Source of the DNA: Thelocarpon superellum
Taxonomy: Eukaryota
Assembly (NCBI GenBank): GCA_026025795.1
Contig: JAPEUG010000005.1
Span: 1-64,000 of the forward strand
Length of the DNA: 64,000 nucleotides
Reading direction: 5' to 3'
Position 1 is the first letter of the stretch, and the number at the start of each line of letters is the position of its first letter. Shown here piece after piece: positions 46,495 through 57,736 of this stretch. The notes beneath the pieces were generated by a model, which was not told the DNA's origin, searched no databases, and saw nothing but the letters and a program-made list of their open reading frames with translations. A program made the translations under genes and the position numbers.

Positions 46495-46830
46495 ATGAGC
46501 TTCCTTTCTACGTTATGCCTCTGCTTGATCGCAGTCTTCTGTAAGGACTGAACGTGCTGCATCTGGAGGTGATGGCGCTGATCAAATCGATGCAGTCCCC
46601 CCCTTGGCAGTCCTCATGATCGCCGGCTGCGGCAGTGAGCTCGCAATCAACATCTTCCTGACAATCCTTGGGTGAGTTTTGGCCTCGCTCCGACACGCGA
46701 CCTTGTAGCTCATGATATGAACAGTTATATTCCAGGCGAGCTCCACGCGCTCTTCGTCGTCATATCGGCCTCCACTCGTGACGATCGGGTGGTGAAGACG
46801 AGATACAGCTCTCGTCGCTACAGCGATTAG
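46495..46830 (+). CDS. PMP3: Plasma membrane proteolipid PMP3/RCI2 family, 75 aa; exons 46495-46540, 46596-46671, 46725-46830
   Basis: Spliced product MSFLSTLCLCLIAVFFPPLAVLMIAGCGSELAINIFLTILGYIPGELHALFVVISASTRDDRVVKTRYSSRRYSD matches the family pattern (PPLAV..GCG..INI.LT.LGYIPG..HA). Introns are GTAAGG..CTGAT..CAG and GTGAGT..CAG. Confidence 0.9.
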
Positions 46831-48363
46831 ATGCGGAGGCCATTAAATGCGGAAGGCAGAGGCCGACAAGAGACAGACTGAGGATTCCATGACACGTAGG
46901 ACCAAAGAGCCATTCAAAGAGCGTACCGCCAAGTGACCGTCCGGGAAGGAAGAGCTCAAGCAAGATCAGGTCTACGTTTGCAGCAGTTAGCATAATTGGT
47001 CAAGCGGAGGTTCCTGATGCCAAGCGTCGTCTTTGTCTGAGCTCTTGAACCAGGTGGATGCCAGTGTATGAGCAGCGTGTTTCAATCACGACATATCATA
47101 TGTGAGAGAAGCTCTTTGGAGCGCAATGCACTTCGAGTGAATTATGCGTGGGTCCGTGGTTGACGCACCTTGAAGCTCTGAGTGCTCCGAGCTCGAAGCC
47201 AGGTCAGGTTCGGATTATGTAACTTGTCCACGCCGCCCGAAGAAGTGACGCGAAATGGTACTGTGGAGGCTCCATACAGGAGCTCGAAGCTTCTGAGTAA
47301 GCCGCCACATGTGACCCACAATAGCTGTATATTAGAACGACAGATAGCTTCTGTAGACCAGACCACCCATCTCCAGTGCAATTGCCGGGGTGCGTCAGTA
47401 CTGACACACTCCGAATTGTAAACTGGGATGGGTGATTCTCACTACGGAAGCTATTCTGCGAGCTATTATACACCTGGAAATGGGTCACGTGGGTGGCGAA
47501 TTACCGTGGCTGCAGTTGCCGTAATCACCCTCTACAGTACCTCATACGTTCGCCCAGTCTCAGAGGTTGGGAGCATGACTGAGCTCTCAACAGATCCGAC
47601 TGGATGTACCTGGCCACTTGATCGCATCCAATGGGTTGACTTACGGAGCGGAATCAGATTGACATGATCACGCTTACGAGCACCTGTCGTAGAGTCAGTG
47701 ACGCCACTAGGGGTGCCCCAGTTGATCGTGCAGGGGCAGTTCGACGCCTTTCGCACGAATTATTATTAGGCCTTGCAGACGGCGTGGCTGCTGCTGGCCT
47801 CGTCTCCCCTCCTGTCTAGCTTGCTCGTTGCTGTGGCGATTGACTGTTGACCACCCCACCACCCGCCTCACGCACCCTCGCGTCGTCGCGCTCAAGTCGC
47901 TCAAGGCGCCCCGGACGGAGCGAGCGGACCCAGCCAGTCTGCAATGCACGCCCCCCATTGGTCACCACCCACATCATCCATGCGGTGTTCGTCTCCATCC
48001 TCTCACCCCCTGGTGCGTGACCCCGGTAGAGATACTGATTGGCGTGCGATGCGTAGTCCGCTTGAGCTCGGCTCTGTTGAGTGGGACGAGGGCATGTTTA
48101 CTGCCGTGCCCGTGCTTTGCCTGGCCCACCCGTGCCCTGCGATTAGTGCCCGGGATGCCAGCACAGGGCACTTGTTGACCGAAGTCCTGATATCCATCGT
48201 CCGTCACCGTACCAATTTGCTACCGTAACGCGACCATGGTTCCCTCGTGCTGGCCATCATCATCTTTCCTGCCCGTCTCCGTGTTTCTGTAGACCGCGCT
48301 CCCTTGCGGTTCCGCACAGCGTCCGCACACCGGGGTCTTCTCCTTGACCGTCGCTGCCTCGTC

Positions 48364-51300
48364 ATGAGCGCTTGTGCGCTGCCCCGTTCATTGGGCCTCT
48401 GGTGGGTCTGGATTGCGCCAACGCTCGCAAATCTCCCCTACAACCCAGCGAGGGCCTTCAACAATCCGCGCGCGGAAAATCTCTTCTACCTGTTCCTTCC
48501 CAATGCGACGGCGTCGTCCTCGGACTTCCAACTGCTCACCCTGAATGCCTCCTCAACCCTCGCTGCCTCCAATCTCCAGTTCGAGACCTTGTCTTCGAGC
48601 CTTCCCTTTCTTGCCGACGGCGTCTCCGCGTCTTTCACGCCAACCGTCGACGAGGCTGGCAATATCAGTGTCTACGCGGGCTCATGCGCACCCGACGGGA
48701 GCACGTCGAGTGTGTGGGACTTCATCCCCAACGGAGCGGGCGGGGATGATGGATCGTGGACCCAGCACCCGACTCGGGCCGGCAATCCTGCCGCTCCCCA
48801 CACTCTGCTTGGGGCCAATTATCTGGCGTCAGGTGTCGCATTCTCCACCAGCGGGGCCAACGAAACCAGCCGATCAACACAATACATTTTCGGTGGCATG
48901 TGCCCGTTGAATGGGTCCTCATCGGGCTCCTGGACGTCGGCGGCCGACTACTCGGGGTCGTTACTGATTGTCCAGCCAGCGTCGGCGAGCGCCGCGGCGT
49001 CGTCCTCGCACCCGAGCGCGTACATGGTGGGGACCTCGCCGAGCAAGGGACCGCCCATTCCGGAGGCCGGCTTCAGCATCACGCCGCTTTTGCCATCCAT
49101 TTTACAGTCATCGGACGGGGTGCCCAGTGAGCAACAAAGCTTTGTGCTCCTGGGCGGACATACCCAAAATGCCTTCATCAACATGTCGCAGGTTGCCCTG
49201 TTGTCCTTGCCGGAAGAGAGCTGGACCTTTCTGTCGGTCGGTCCCACCACTGAGTCTCCCGAGACTGACCTCGCCGTCCGGACACCCTCACCCAATGTGA
49301 CGCCCCGTTCCGGACATACGGCGGTGATGACATCGGATGGAAAGCGAGTCGTCGTCTTTGGCGGATGGGTGGGTGATACTTCCACGCCAGCCGATCCACA
49401 GCTGGCCATCTTGGAGCTGGGCGATGGATACGGAGGCACCGGTAATTGGCAATGGACGGTTCCGTCCCAATCTGGCCTCGCGCTACCCCCCGGGGCCGGC
49501 ATCTTCGGCCACGCCGCGGCGCTCCTTCCAGGCGATGTGATGATGATATTAGGCGGGTATTCCATCCCCAGCAACCACGGCTCGGTATCAATGAGGGCCA
49601 CGCCTCAGCAGAGCTCCGCAGTATACTTCTTCAACACCACGTCGAGCTCGTGGACGCCCGACTATACGAATCCAAGCAGCGTCTCCAATGCCGCCAATGG
49701 CCCCTCTTCAGCCCCTGCTTCCGATTCGTCCGACTCCGGACCACTTTCGACGCCGTCGAAGAAAGCGGCCCTAGGCTCGGGGGTCGCTCTCGCGGTTGTG
49801 CTCATCGTTGGCGCGATGGTGTTGTGGTGGTGGTACCGGCAGCGACACGACCGACGACGGCGTGAGGCTCGTGAAAAGGAACTTCGTGGACTTAGCTGGA
49901 CGGCGCAACGATTCTACGAGCCGGATCTAGGGACGGGAGGAATGGATGGCCGGGGAGCGGAGCAGTCGGCGATGGCATGGATGGCCGCCCATGAGCGCTC
50001 TCGGTCCGGCGTTTCCAACCCCGGGCCGTCACACGGGCCAGGTGGGCCGGGCGGCTTCGGCGACGGACCGGGATGGAAGGAAACCGGAGGCGCGGAGGCT
50101 GAGCGGACGGGGCTACTTGTCGAGATCCCTAGTCCTACACGTGGACTTCGGAAGAGCTTGCATTCCCGGGGACGGAGCGGCGAACGACTGCTGTCTTACC
50201 AGATGGGCCAGACGTTTGACGAAAACCGACGGAGTTTGGCCGGCAGCATTCATCCCATCGACGAACGGGACGAATATGAAGAGACTGCGGCCAAGACCGA
50301 TGTCGATCTCTTCGGGGATTCCCAGGCAACCGAAAAGCCAGGCTCGGGCGACCATACCACGATGTCGTCCTTGGTCCGAGAGCGTGGGCAGGAGATGCAA
50401 GAAGCGCAGAACTGGGGCGGGGAATGGTCTGGGGCCGAGGAGAGCACGCAAAGCGGCACGGACCGTCTGTCTCCTGAGCGCGGCGGCGGAGAGAAGGAGC
50501 GGACCTCGTCCACCTTGAGCGAGCGATCGCAGCCATCTACTGTGTCCATGATCTCCATCCCACCCTCCCAAGGGACAGTGTCGCGCAGCGTATCGCAGCG
50601 CTCTGCTACCCTCTTCAGCGCCGCGCCCTACTCGTACAGCACCTCCCCAACACGCGAGTCGACAGGCGGAAAGGCCACTCCACGCGATCAACGATCACAG
50701 AGTCTGACCCTCCATTCGCGGGCGGACTCCACCGAGCGAAATTCCTTCAACACCGCTCACACAAGCTTCCCTCTTCTGCAATCCGAAGGCGAAACCCTCC
50801 TTCCTCGACTCGCCATGACTTCACCTCCCGTCAGTCCGACAAGACGAGTGTCGAGGGCCAGGGGATGGATGGGGTCCATGAAGCGCGCCATCCCCTTCCG
50901 AGGCAGCAGCGTCGAGCGTAGCTCCTCTCCCGAAGATGACACACGCACTTCGTCCTCCTCGCCCATCAAGGCTCACCGATCCGGGGAGGCCGGACAGGGG
51001 CTCCCGAAACGAGCGACGTCAATGTCATCCAGTGCGTCGTACTGGCAGCGGAAGCAAGGCGCCGCCGACTGGGACGCGGCGACCAGTACGGCGGGCAGCG
51101 CCATGGAGGGCACCGGCTCCGAGGAATGGGATGTCGAGGCTGCGGTCGAGCGGCGCGTTGTGCAGGTCATGTTCACGGTGCCGCGAGAGAAGCTTCGGGT
51201 CGTGAACGGAAGCGAAGACGGGGCTTCGTCTCTGCAGTCGGAGGAGGACGAAGACGAGGACGATGACCTTGCCGACCTTGGCCGGGCTCATGACGACGCT

Positions 51301-51381
51301 GATGACTATGGACCGCCACGACCAGACGCCAGGAGCAAGGCCGCGGACATGGCCGCGCGGCACTACCTCAGTGAGCTGTGA
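48364..51381 (+). CDS. Type I membrane protein with extracellular kelch/galactose-oxidase-like beta-propeller and Ser-rich cytoplasmic tail
   Basis: Signal peptide then LPYNP; kelch GG motifs (YIFGGMCP, VLLGGH, PRSGHTAV..VVVFGGWVG, GHAAALLPGDVMMILGGY); TM helix ALGSGVALAVVLIVGAMVLWWWY followed by an R-rich stop-transfer; C-terminal WDVEAAVERRVVQVMFTVPREKLRVVN. Confidence 0.85.
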   Translation: MSACALPRSLGLWWVWIAPTLANLPYNPARAFNNPRAENLFYLFLPNATASSSDFQLLTLNASSTLAASNLQFETLSSSLPFLADGVSASFTPTVDEAGNISVYAGSCAPDGSTSSVWDFIPNGAGGDDGSWTQHPTRAGNPAAPHTLLGANYLASGVAFSTSGANETSRSTQYIFGGMCPLNGSSSGSWTSAADYSGSLLIVQPASASAAASSSHPSAYMVGTSPSKGPPIPEAGFSITPLLPSILQSSDGVPSEQQSFVLLGGHTQNAFINMSQVALLSLPEESWTFLSVGPTTESPETDLAVRTPSPNVTPRSGHTAVMTSDGKRVVVFGGWVGDTSTPADPQLAILELGDGYGGTGNWQWTVPSQSGLALPPGAGIFGHAAALLPGDVMMILGGYSIPSNHGSVSMRATPQQSSAVYFFNTTSSSWTPDYTNPSSVSNAANGPSSAPASDSSDSGPLSTPSKKAALGSGVALAVVLIVGAMVLWWWYRQRHDRRRREAREKELRGLSWTAQRFYEPDLGTGGMDGRGAEQSAMAWMAAHERSRSGVSNPGPSHGPGGPGGFGDGPGWKETGGAEAERTGLLVEIPSPTRGLRKSLHSRGRSGERLLSYQMGQTFDENRRSLAGSIHPIDERDEYEETAAKTDVDLFGDSQATEKPGSGDHTTMSSLVRERGQEMQEAQNWGGEWSGAEESTQSGTDRLSPERGGGEKERTSSTLSERSQPSTVSMISIPPSQGTVSRSVSQRSATLFSAAPYSYSTSPTRESTGGKATPRDQRSQSLTLHSRADSTERNSFNTAHTSFPLLQSEGETLLPRLAMTSPPVSPTRRVSRARGWMGSMKRAIPFRGSSVERSSSPEDDTRTSSSSPIKAHRSGEAGQGLPKRATSMSSSASYWQRKQGAADWDAATSTAGSAMEGTGSEEWDVEAAVERRVVQVMFTVPREKLRVVNGSEDGASSLQSEEDEDEDDDLADLGRAHDDADDYGPPRPDARSKAADMAARHYLSEL

Positions 51382-51615
51382 GCGGGCGATGGATCAGCCT
51401 AGCTCTGGCGTCGCGATTTCTTCTCTTTCTACTGCGTGGTATGAGCGGACTCTGGCGTGTTTGGATCTTCGCTCTGTGGTTAGGTAACATGGGGTGCCAA
51501 TCCACGACTCGAATGTAAGATACAATATAGCGGCCGCGTGCTTTGCGGGTGGTACATGAATCGATCCATGTGGAGTAGTACAAAGGGTCTGAGTGGCGGC
51601 CCCTCTTCCTAGCAA

Positions 51616-52650
51616 TCACTTCTCCCATGCTCTTCGCGAGAGCAATACACTGGGCGTCGAGCGCGGTTTGCAGGGCTTGACCGGTGGCTGAAGCGGCATG
51701 GCTCGGTCGAGCAGTGAGTTCTGGGCGACGGAGAACAGAGAGCTGGAGGTCCAGTAGACGAGCATGGCGGCGGGAAGATTCAGAGTGGCCGGGCCGATGG
51801 CCAGGGCGAGGATCTTGAGGGCGTTAGAGACGCGGCGCTGGAAGGACGAGGGAGCCGTGTCGGAGTTGCGTCGGCTGGAGGATGCAAGGATGATGTTGGC
51901 GAGGAGCGTGCCGGACAGGACAAAAGGTAGAATGAGTTGTGGATCTGGGACCAGTAGGTTGGGAAACCACAGTGCGCCCTCTGTGGCGAGGGCTTCCTCA
52001 ATTGGGACTGAGCGGAGATTCCGTAGGGCCTCGAGCGTGGAGACACGGTCGCTCTCTTCGCCGATGGTGGTGGGGGTGGTGAAGGGGCGAGCGATGAGCG
52101 TGAGGAGACCGTCGTGAGTACCGCACATGCGGCGGATGGTCTCGATAAGGATGAGAAAGATGGGAAGCTGGGTGACAGGAAGCCAGTTCTTCCACCGCGG
52201 ACATCGCCAGCGCTTGTACAACTCTCTTCTCTTCTGCCGGAGAGCTTTTTGTACGCGTCGTTCACACTCGGCTGGTCCGAGGGACCCGGCCTCGTTCAGC
52301 ACGCGTCGACGGATCTGGTGCTGCCATGCTTGGAGAAGCGGTTGCAATGCGAGCTGCCGCTGGTGTGCACGACGAACGAACAGCGATAACGGCGTGATCA
52401 AGGACGTTCGGACGAGCAGAGCAGCGAGGGGAAGGGTGGCGACCCATGGAAGACCGGTCGTACTGTGCAGGCATGAGAGGACGCTACTGCTTGCGGCGAG
52501 TAGAGGGTCTAGAAAGGGACGCGGTGGGCTGGAGTGAAATGGCCGGCATGACGTTGGAGCTCGGAATGCACCATCACGGAGTGCAGGTCGGTGTGCAAAA
52601 GACGAGTAGATGAGCCTATGGAAAGCACCATGACGCCGTGCGAGAGACAT
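51616..52650 (-). CDS. COX18: Mitochondrial inner-membrane insertase COX18 (Oxa1/YidC family)
   Basis: Mitochondrial presequence, LHSTTGLPWVATLPLAALLVR, QLPIF, EGALWFPNLLVPDP and LPAAMLVYWTSSSLF..QN. Confidence 0.88.
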   Translation of the reverse strand: MSLARRHGAFHRLIYSSFAHRPALRDGAFRAPTSCRPFHSSPPRPFLDPLLAASSSVLSCLHSTTGLPWVATLPLAALLVRTSLITPLSLFVRRAHQRQLALQPLLQAWQHQIRRRVLNEAGSLGPAECERRVQKALRQKRRELYKRWRCPRWKNWLPVTQLPIFLILIETIRRMCGTHDGLLTLIARPFTTPTTIGEESDRVSTLEALRNLRSVPIEEALATEGALWFPNLLVPDPQLILPFVLSGTLLANIILASSSRRNSDTAPSSFQRRVSNALKILALAIGPATLNLPAAMLVYWTSSSLFSVAQNSLLDRAMPLQPPVKPCKPRSTPSVLLSRRAWEK

Positions 52651-53185
52651 GGACGGGCCTCCACTTAAGCAAGCGTTGTCCCCAGCTCCCCGGCCCTGCA
52701 CCCTCCTCCGTCCTCGCTATCCTTCGGGAAGAGACTCTAGAGGAACGTCGTGATGCAGACTTCACTAGTAACAAGCGGACGTGGAGAGAGCGGTGGGGGA
52801 TCACGGGGCGACTTCAGGCACGGAATGACGCAGGTTACAGTTAAGTCTCGCCAAAGGCATGTCATGCATGCGCGATGTTTGACTTGTCACTCCCTCACGC
52901 CCCATTATTGACCAGCTGTCCGAGATCCCTGGCTTACCTGTCCTGGTCCAGTACAGCGACGGAGATTGGCGAGAACGTGAAACTTTCCCATCGTTCCTCA
53001 CACTACTCCACGGCAGGGTGTCGATAAGGCATAAGTCGTGCCCTCCCGCCATCCCCTTCACCGCCACGGCGCTACGACTACGTCAAGTCTGATGGAGATA
53101 GGGCATCATCTCCAGCGCAATGACCCATGACCCATCCTTATAGATCTTTTTGATCATCGCTCCACCCCTTTCACATCTCGCCATC

Positions 53186-54936
53186 ATGTTCTCCCTCCTC
53201 GGCCCTCTTCTGGTGCTCGGCCTGCTCCTCGCCTCGAGCCTTTACGTTGCGCCCTTTTCCGTCCGAGTGCTGGGCCGCGTCGTGGGATGGTACCTTCGAC
53301 TCAAGACGCGGGACCGACGCAGCCAGATCCTTGCCCGGGTCCGTGCGGATGAGGAGCGCTATCGGGAGACGCGTGGGACAGACGACCACCCCGAGGATGA
53401 CGACTGGGAGGCCATCGAGGCCTACGCGGCTGGGACCGCAGCCAACGGCGAGAAGGCTGGGGCGGAATGGGAGGGTATCGTCGGCTTCTTCCATCCCTTC
53501 TGGTACGTCCTGATGCAGATGCCAGCGGCTCACAAACAGGCCGTCCATGCTGACCCAACCGTGCAGCAATGCTGGCGGCGGCGGCGAGCGCGTGCTCTGG
53601 GCGGCCATCCGCGCAACGCAGAAGCGCTGGCCCAAGGCCGTATGCGTCGTCTACACTGGCGATCATGACGTGGATAAGGCTACGATCCTCGCGCGGGTGG
53701 AGAACCGGTTCAACATCCACCTCCATCCTCCCACTGTCGTCTTCCTCTACCCCTCGACGCGCCGATACGTACTGAGCAGCACCTATCCGCACTTCACGCT
53801 CCTCGGCCAATCCATGGGCTCCGTCGTCTTAGCCTTGGATGCCTTCAGTCTCCTTCCACCCGATATCTTCATCGACACCATGGGCTACGCCTTCGCCATT
53901 GCTCTCTCAAGCCTTTTCTTTCCCGCGGTCCCGACGGGCGCCTATGTGCACTATCCGACCATTTCGACGGACATGTTGACGTCGCTGGGCGAGGATGGGC
54001 TTGGCGTCAACGCTGGCAGCGGCCGGGGTTGGCGAGGGCTCGCCAAGCGGCAATACTGGGAGATGTTTGCCCGCATGTATAGCTGGGCGGGGGGCAACGT
54101 CGACGTCGTCATGACCAATTCCAGCTGGACGCAGGCACACATCCGCGCGCTCTGGGGTCCGGGTCGCGCCCGACGCGGCCCGGCGTTGGATGTGGAGGTG
54201 GTCTTTCCGCCCGTGGCGGTGGAGGAGCTGGCGCAGCAGATCGACGTCTCGCCTGCCAGTGAAAAGCAACGGGAACGGACGATCCTCTACATTGCACAGT
54301 TTCGGCCGGAAAAGAACCACACCCTCGTTCTCGAAGCCTTCTCCAAGCTCCTCCAGGCACACCCGACGCTGGCGACGACGAAGCTAGTGCTGGTCGGATC
54401 GGTACGACACAGCGATGACTCGACGCGGGTATACAAACTCCGGCTCCTGGCGCATGAACTGCATATCAAAGAGCGGGTCGAGTTCATCTGCGATGCCTCG
54501 TGGTCCGAGATCCTCGACTGGCTGCGCCGGAGCTGGATCGGGGTCAACGGCATGTGGAACGAGCATTTTGGCATCGGGGTGGTAGAGTACCAGGCCGCGG
54601 GTCTGATCAGCGTCGTACATGACAGCGGGGGGCCAAAGGGCGACATTGTGGTGGACTACGACGGAGGTCCTACAGGTGCGTGCGACGGATGTCGATGAAG
54701 AAAGAGTGGTATCTAACCATCATTCCTTCACAGGCTTTCATGCAACCACCGCAGAAGAATACGCCGCGGCCTTTGCCACGGTCCTCTCCATGGCGCCCGA
54801 CGAGACACTGGCGATGCGTCGACGAGCACGCGCCTCGGCCCAGCGTTTCACCGAGGACGCCTTTGCCACACGGTGGATCGCGCAGATGGAACGGCTGATA
54901 ACACTCCAGGTGGATGGACGGCGACGACGAGGTTGA
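53186..54936 (+). CDS. ALG11: Alpha-1,2-mannosyltransferase ALG11; exons 53186-53502, 53567-54675, 54734-54936
   Basis: GFFHPF|CNAGGGGERVLW, PDIFIDTMGYAF, YVHYPTISTDM, NSSWT, AQFRPEKNH, MWNEHFGIGVVEY and HDSGGPKGDIV; two canonical introns. Confidence 0.97.
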
Positions 54937-55149
54937 GGATGCGGAGCGAACCCGATGACTGTGTAATTCTAGCGCCTGCCCTTGTCTCCATACCCCATGC
55001 CGGAGCTCATAGAACTTCACCATTGTCGCGAGATCGGCGTTGGTCGCATGCAGCTCACAATGAAATGACCTTCCATTGCCAAGTCCCGACGCCACCCGAG
55101 AGTCATGACGCGGTGGACGGACTGGAGAGGAGGAGGGCGATTCGTGAGA

Positions 55150-55750
55150 AGTCGACGTGCACAACGGGCGAGCCCTTCGATTCATGGTCGACGTGGCGCC
55201 TTGACCCTTCTCGTGACAAGATGATACGGCCGTCTTGCCAGCCATACGGCATGGCAAGGTCCTGGTAGACGAACATTATCTCTTGCAGCTGGCGCCGTAT
55301 GCCTTGTACGTCCTTGACCATGCTCTGGCCCATCTTTCCCCGGCGCTTTCCATGCTCGTGGATAATGGAGTCCTGCGATTGGCGGTCGTCCTCAAGTCGC
55401 GTCAATACGCCATGTTCCGCTGTTGGAGGCCTGCGAGCAGCCTTCAATGACACCAGAGCAGGTTGGTACAGCTTCCGGGGCAAGATAGGTCGATAGGACA
55501 ATCTCTCATTACCCAGGGAGGTAAAGCTGACGGTCAATCGACGATGATGATGCTTGATCTGGCCATCTTCCTTCTTCCTTCCATCTCTTTCGCTACTTGC
55601 GCCATTCCATGGATCTCAGCCTCCCACATCAAAGTACGGCAAGGCTGAACGATAGGGACGCCGAGGCGGATCGCGCACGACCACCACGTTGACGGCGACC
55701 CCCACCCTCGCCGCATCCCCGGAGGCCCGGCTCATGCCATGACGCGCAAG
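55150..55750 (-). mobile_element. Possible highly degenerate non-LTR (Tad1-like LINE) fragment
   Basis: Frameshifted peptides (LARHGMSRASGDAARVGVA / IVQPCRTLMWEAEI / WNG..RRLTVSF..) loosely resemble the post-RT region of fungal LINE ORF2. No RT core motif was seen. Confidence 0.25.
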
Positions 55751-57736
55751 ATAGCTGCAGCAGTAGACCTGAACGACTTCGGGTGTGCATGTTTCATCCA
55801 AAATGGTTGTTGACACGAGGTCGAAGCACTCACGACAACAACAATTGACGCTGTTTATAGACAGCCAGTCATGCGTGCCGAAATGCACAGGCGAGCGATG
55901 TGGCGCGTGGCGCAGCACCTGGGACACCTTAGTCGCACCCGGGGCATAAACTCAAATACTCAACTCCCACAAGATGGGACGTGGATGGACTTGGACCTGC
56001 CTCAAGCCAGAGGGGGGCAGTGTCACTCCCGCACCCAACATCCACTCCCACACAGATACGCGGAGGCTCTAACTACCCGCCAATCCACAAGCCCGCGATA
56101 GTATCGCGTGTCCATCGCTACCTACTCGATCTGGCCAGAGTGCAAGCTGCTTGATGGACGTTTTGGTCGCGGTTTGGCACGGTACCTGCACCGCCTCATC
56201 CGTCGCATCCTCTTGGCCCTGCGTACTTGGACTCGTTCCCGCTGCCGAGCACAATGAACGGCCGCCGAGACGCTAGCACCGCCCCACCACCCGCCGCCCG
56301 CCATGACCGTGGTCGGCCTGTGCACAAGGATCTGTGGAGCGCGGGGCCTGGTACCTGAATGAATCGCGGAGGAATCTTGGTTCAAACTCGCCGCGCGACA
56401 GGTGCATGTGCATGTCAGCAGCTCTTGATGGATGCAATGGATCACAGTCTCGGGTGCATCACGGCATGGGTGCAGCATGTGCAGTGCTACCACCGGTTCC
56501 GACGCTCTCATACTGCCATCTTACCCCCACAACCACTAGACCATGTCCTTCGTAGTACTACTACAGCAGGAGTAGCTGCGGTCCATGATCGTCGCGCGTA
56601 AGCGCTGGTCCGCTCAGGGCCTCGCTCCGCTACCGAACCGACCAGATTCGCTAACTACCGTGGACCTGCTACGCGGCGCCGCGGGCGTTGGCGTTGGCCG
56701 CTCACCTGCCGGTCGCAGTGCTGGGCCTGGGGGCCCGACGCCCGGGCGGCCCCAGTCGCTGGCCGCTCTGTCGGTCGCTTCGCGATGGTGTCAGATGGGC
56801 CGACGGCCAAAAGGACACCCAATGGAGGATGTGATCAATTGGCTTCCCTTCTAGCATTGATCCATCCGCTCCGCTCCGCCGGCGACTGCAGCAGACGGCC
56901 ACGGGCTCGCTCAACTCGGAACGCTGCACGCCGAACGTTGTACGCACGAGCCTGATCCGCGACACGCGGACCCTGAAGCGCGCCACCAAGTCAGGAGGGT
57001 CAACGGCGGCCTCGATCCCTCGTAGGGCTTAGATCCTGGTCGCATTGACGGCACGCCTCATCGCCCTTCCATCGCTGCACCGTTGCCGACTCCAGCTTTT
57101 CGAGCTTGCCCTCCCGCGGCTGGAAGTAGATCCATCAAACATCTCCATCCACCTCCCCCCTCCGCCGGCAAGGCGGATTCCTTCCAACGCCGTCGTCGCC
57201 TCGTGGCCTGGCTCGCCGTGACCAGGGTGCCACCTCTCTCCCTCCGCTATCGGGTGCTCGAACCGCGCCACCTGCCTCCCGTTGCATCTCCGCCGCCCAT
57301 TACTTCTACCGGACCGACGCCCCGTCGTACCTCAGACCTCGCCCAGCGCCAGTGCCGCCTCTCCAAAGGCAAAGCACCAACAGTCCGATCTCACCCATTC
57401 ATAGTCATCGCCTCGCCCTCCGCCGGTCCACGGCACGCCACCCGCTGCGCCTTTGCCGCCTATTCTACTCGCCCACCTCCGTCGCAAGCGCCCCTCCACG
57501 CCGCCGACCCATCCTTGCTCTGGACACCCTCGCCGGCGAGACCGCGCTGTTTCCGTCACGGGCGCCAACGGTCCCCTGCCGCTGACTTGCTCGAGCTGCG
57601 GAACGCCTTGCTCCCCTAGGGTCTTGCGTGGTCGACGGGAGCAGCCCTTCGCCCCACGTCTCCTCCCCCCACGCGCGAGCGGATCTCGCGACGATTCCGC
57701 TCGCGGCTAGATCAGGCACGCCCTCGTCGCTATATC

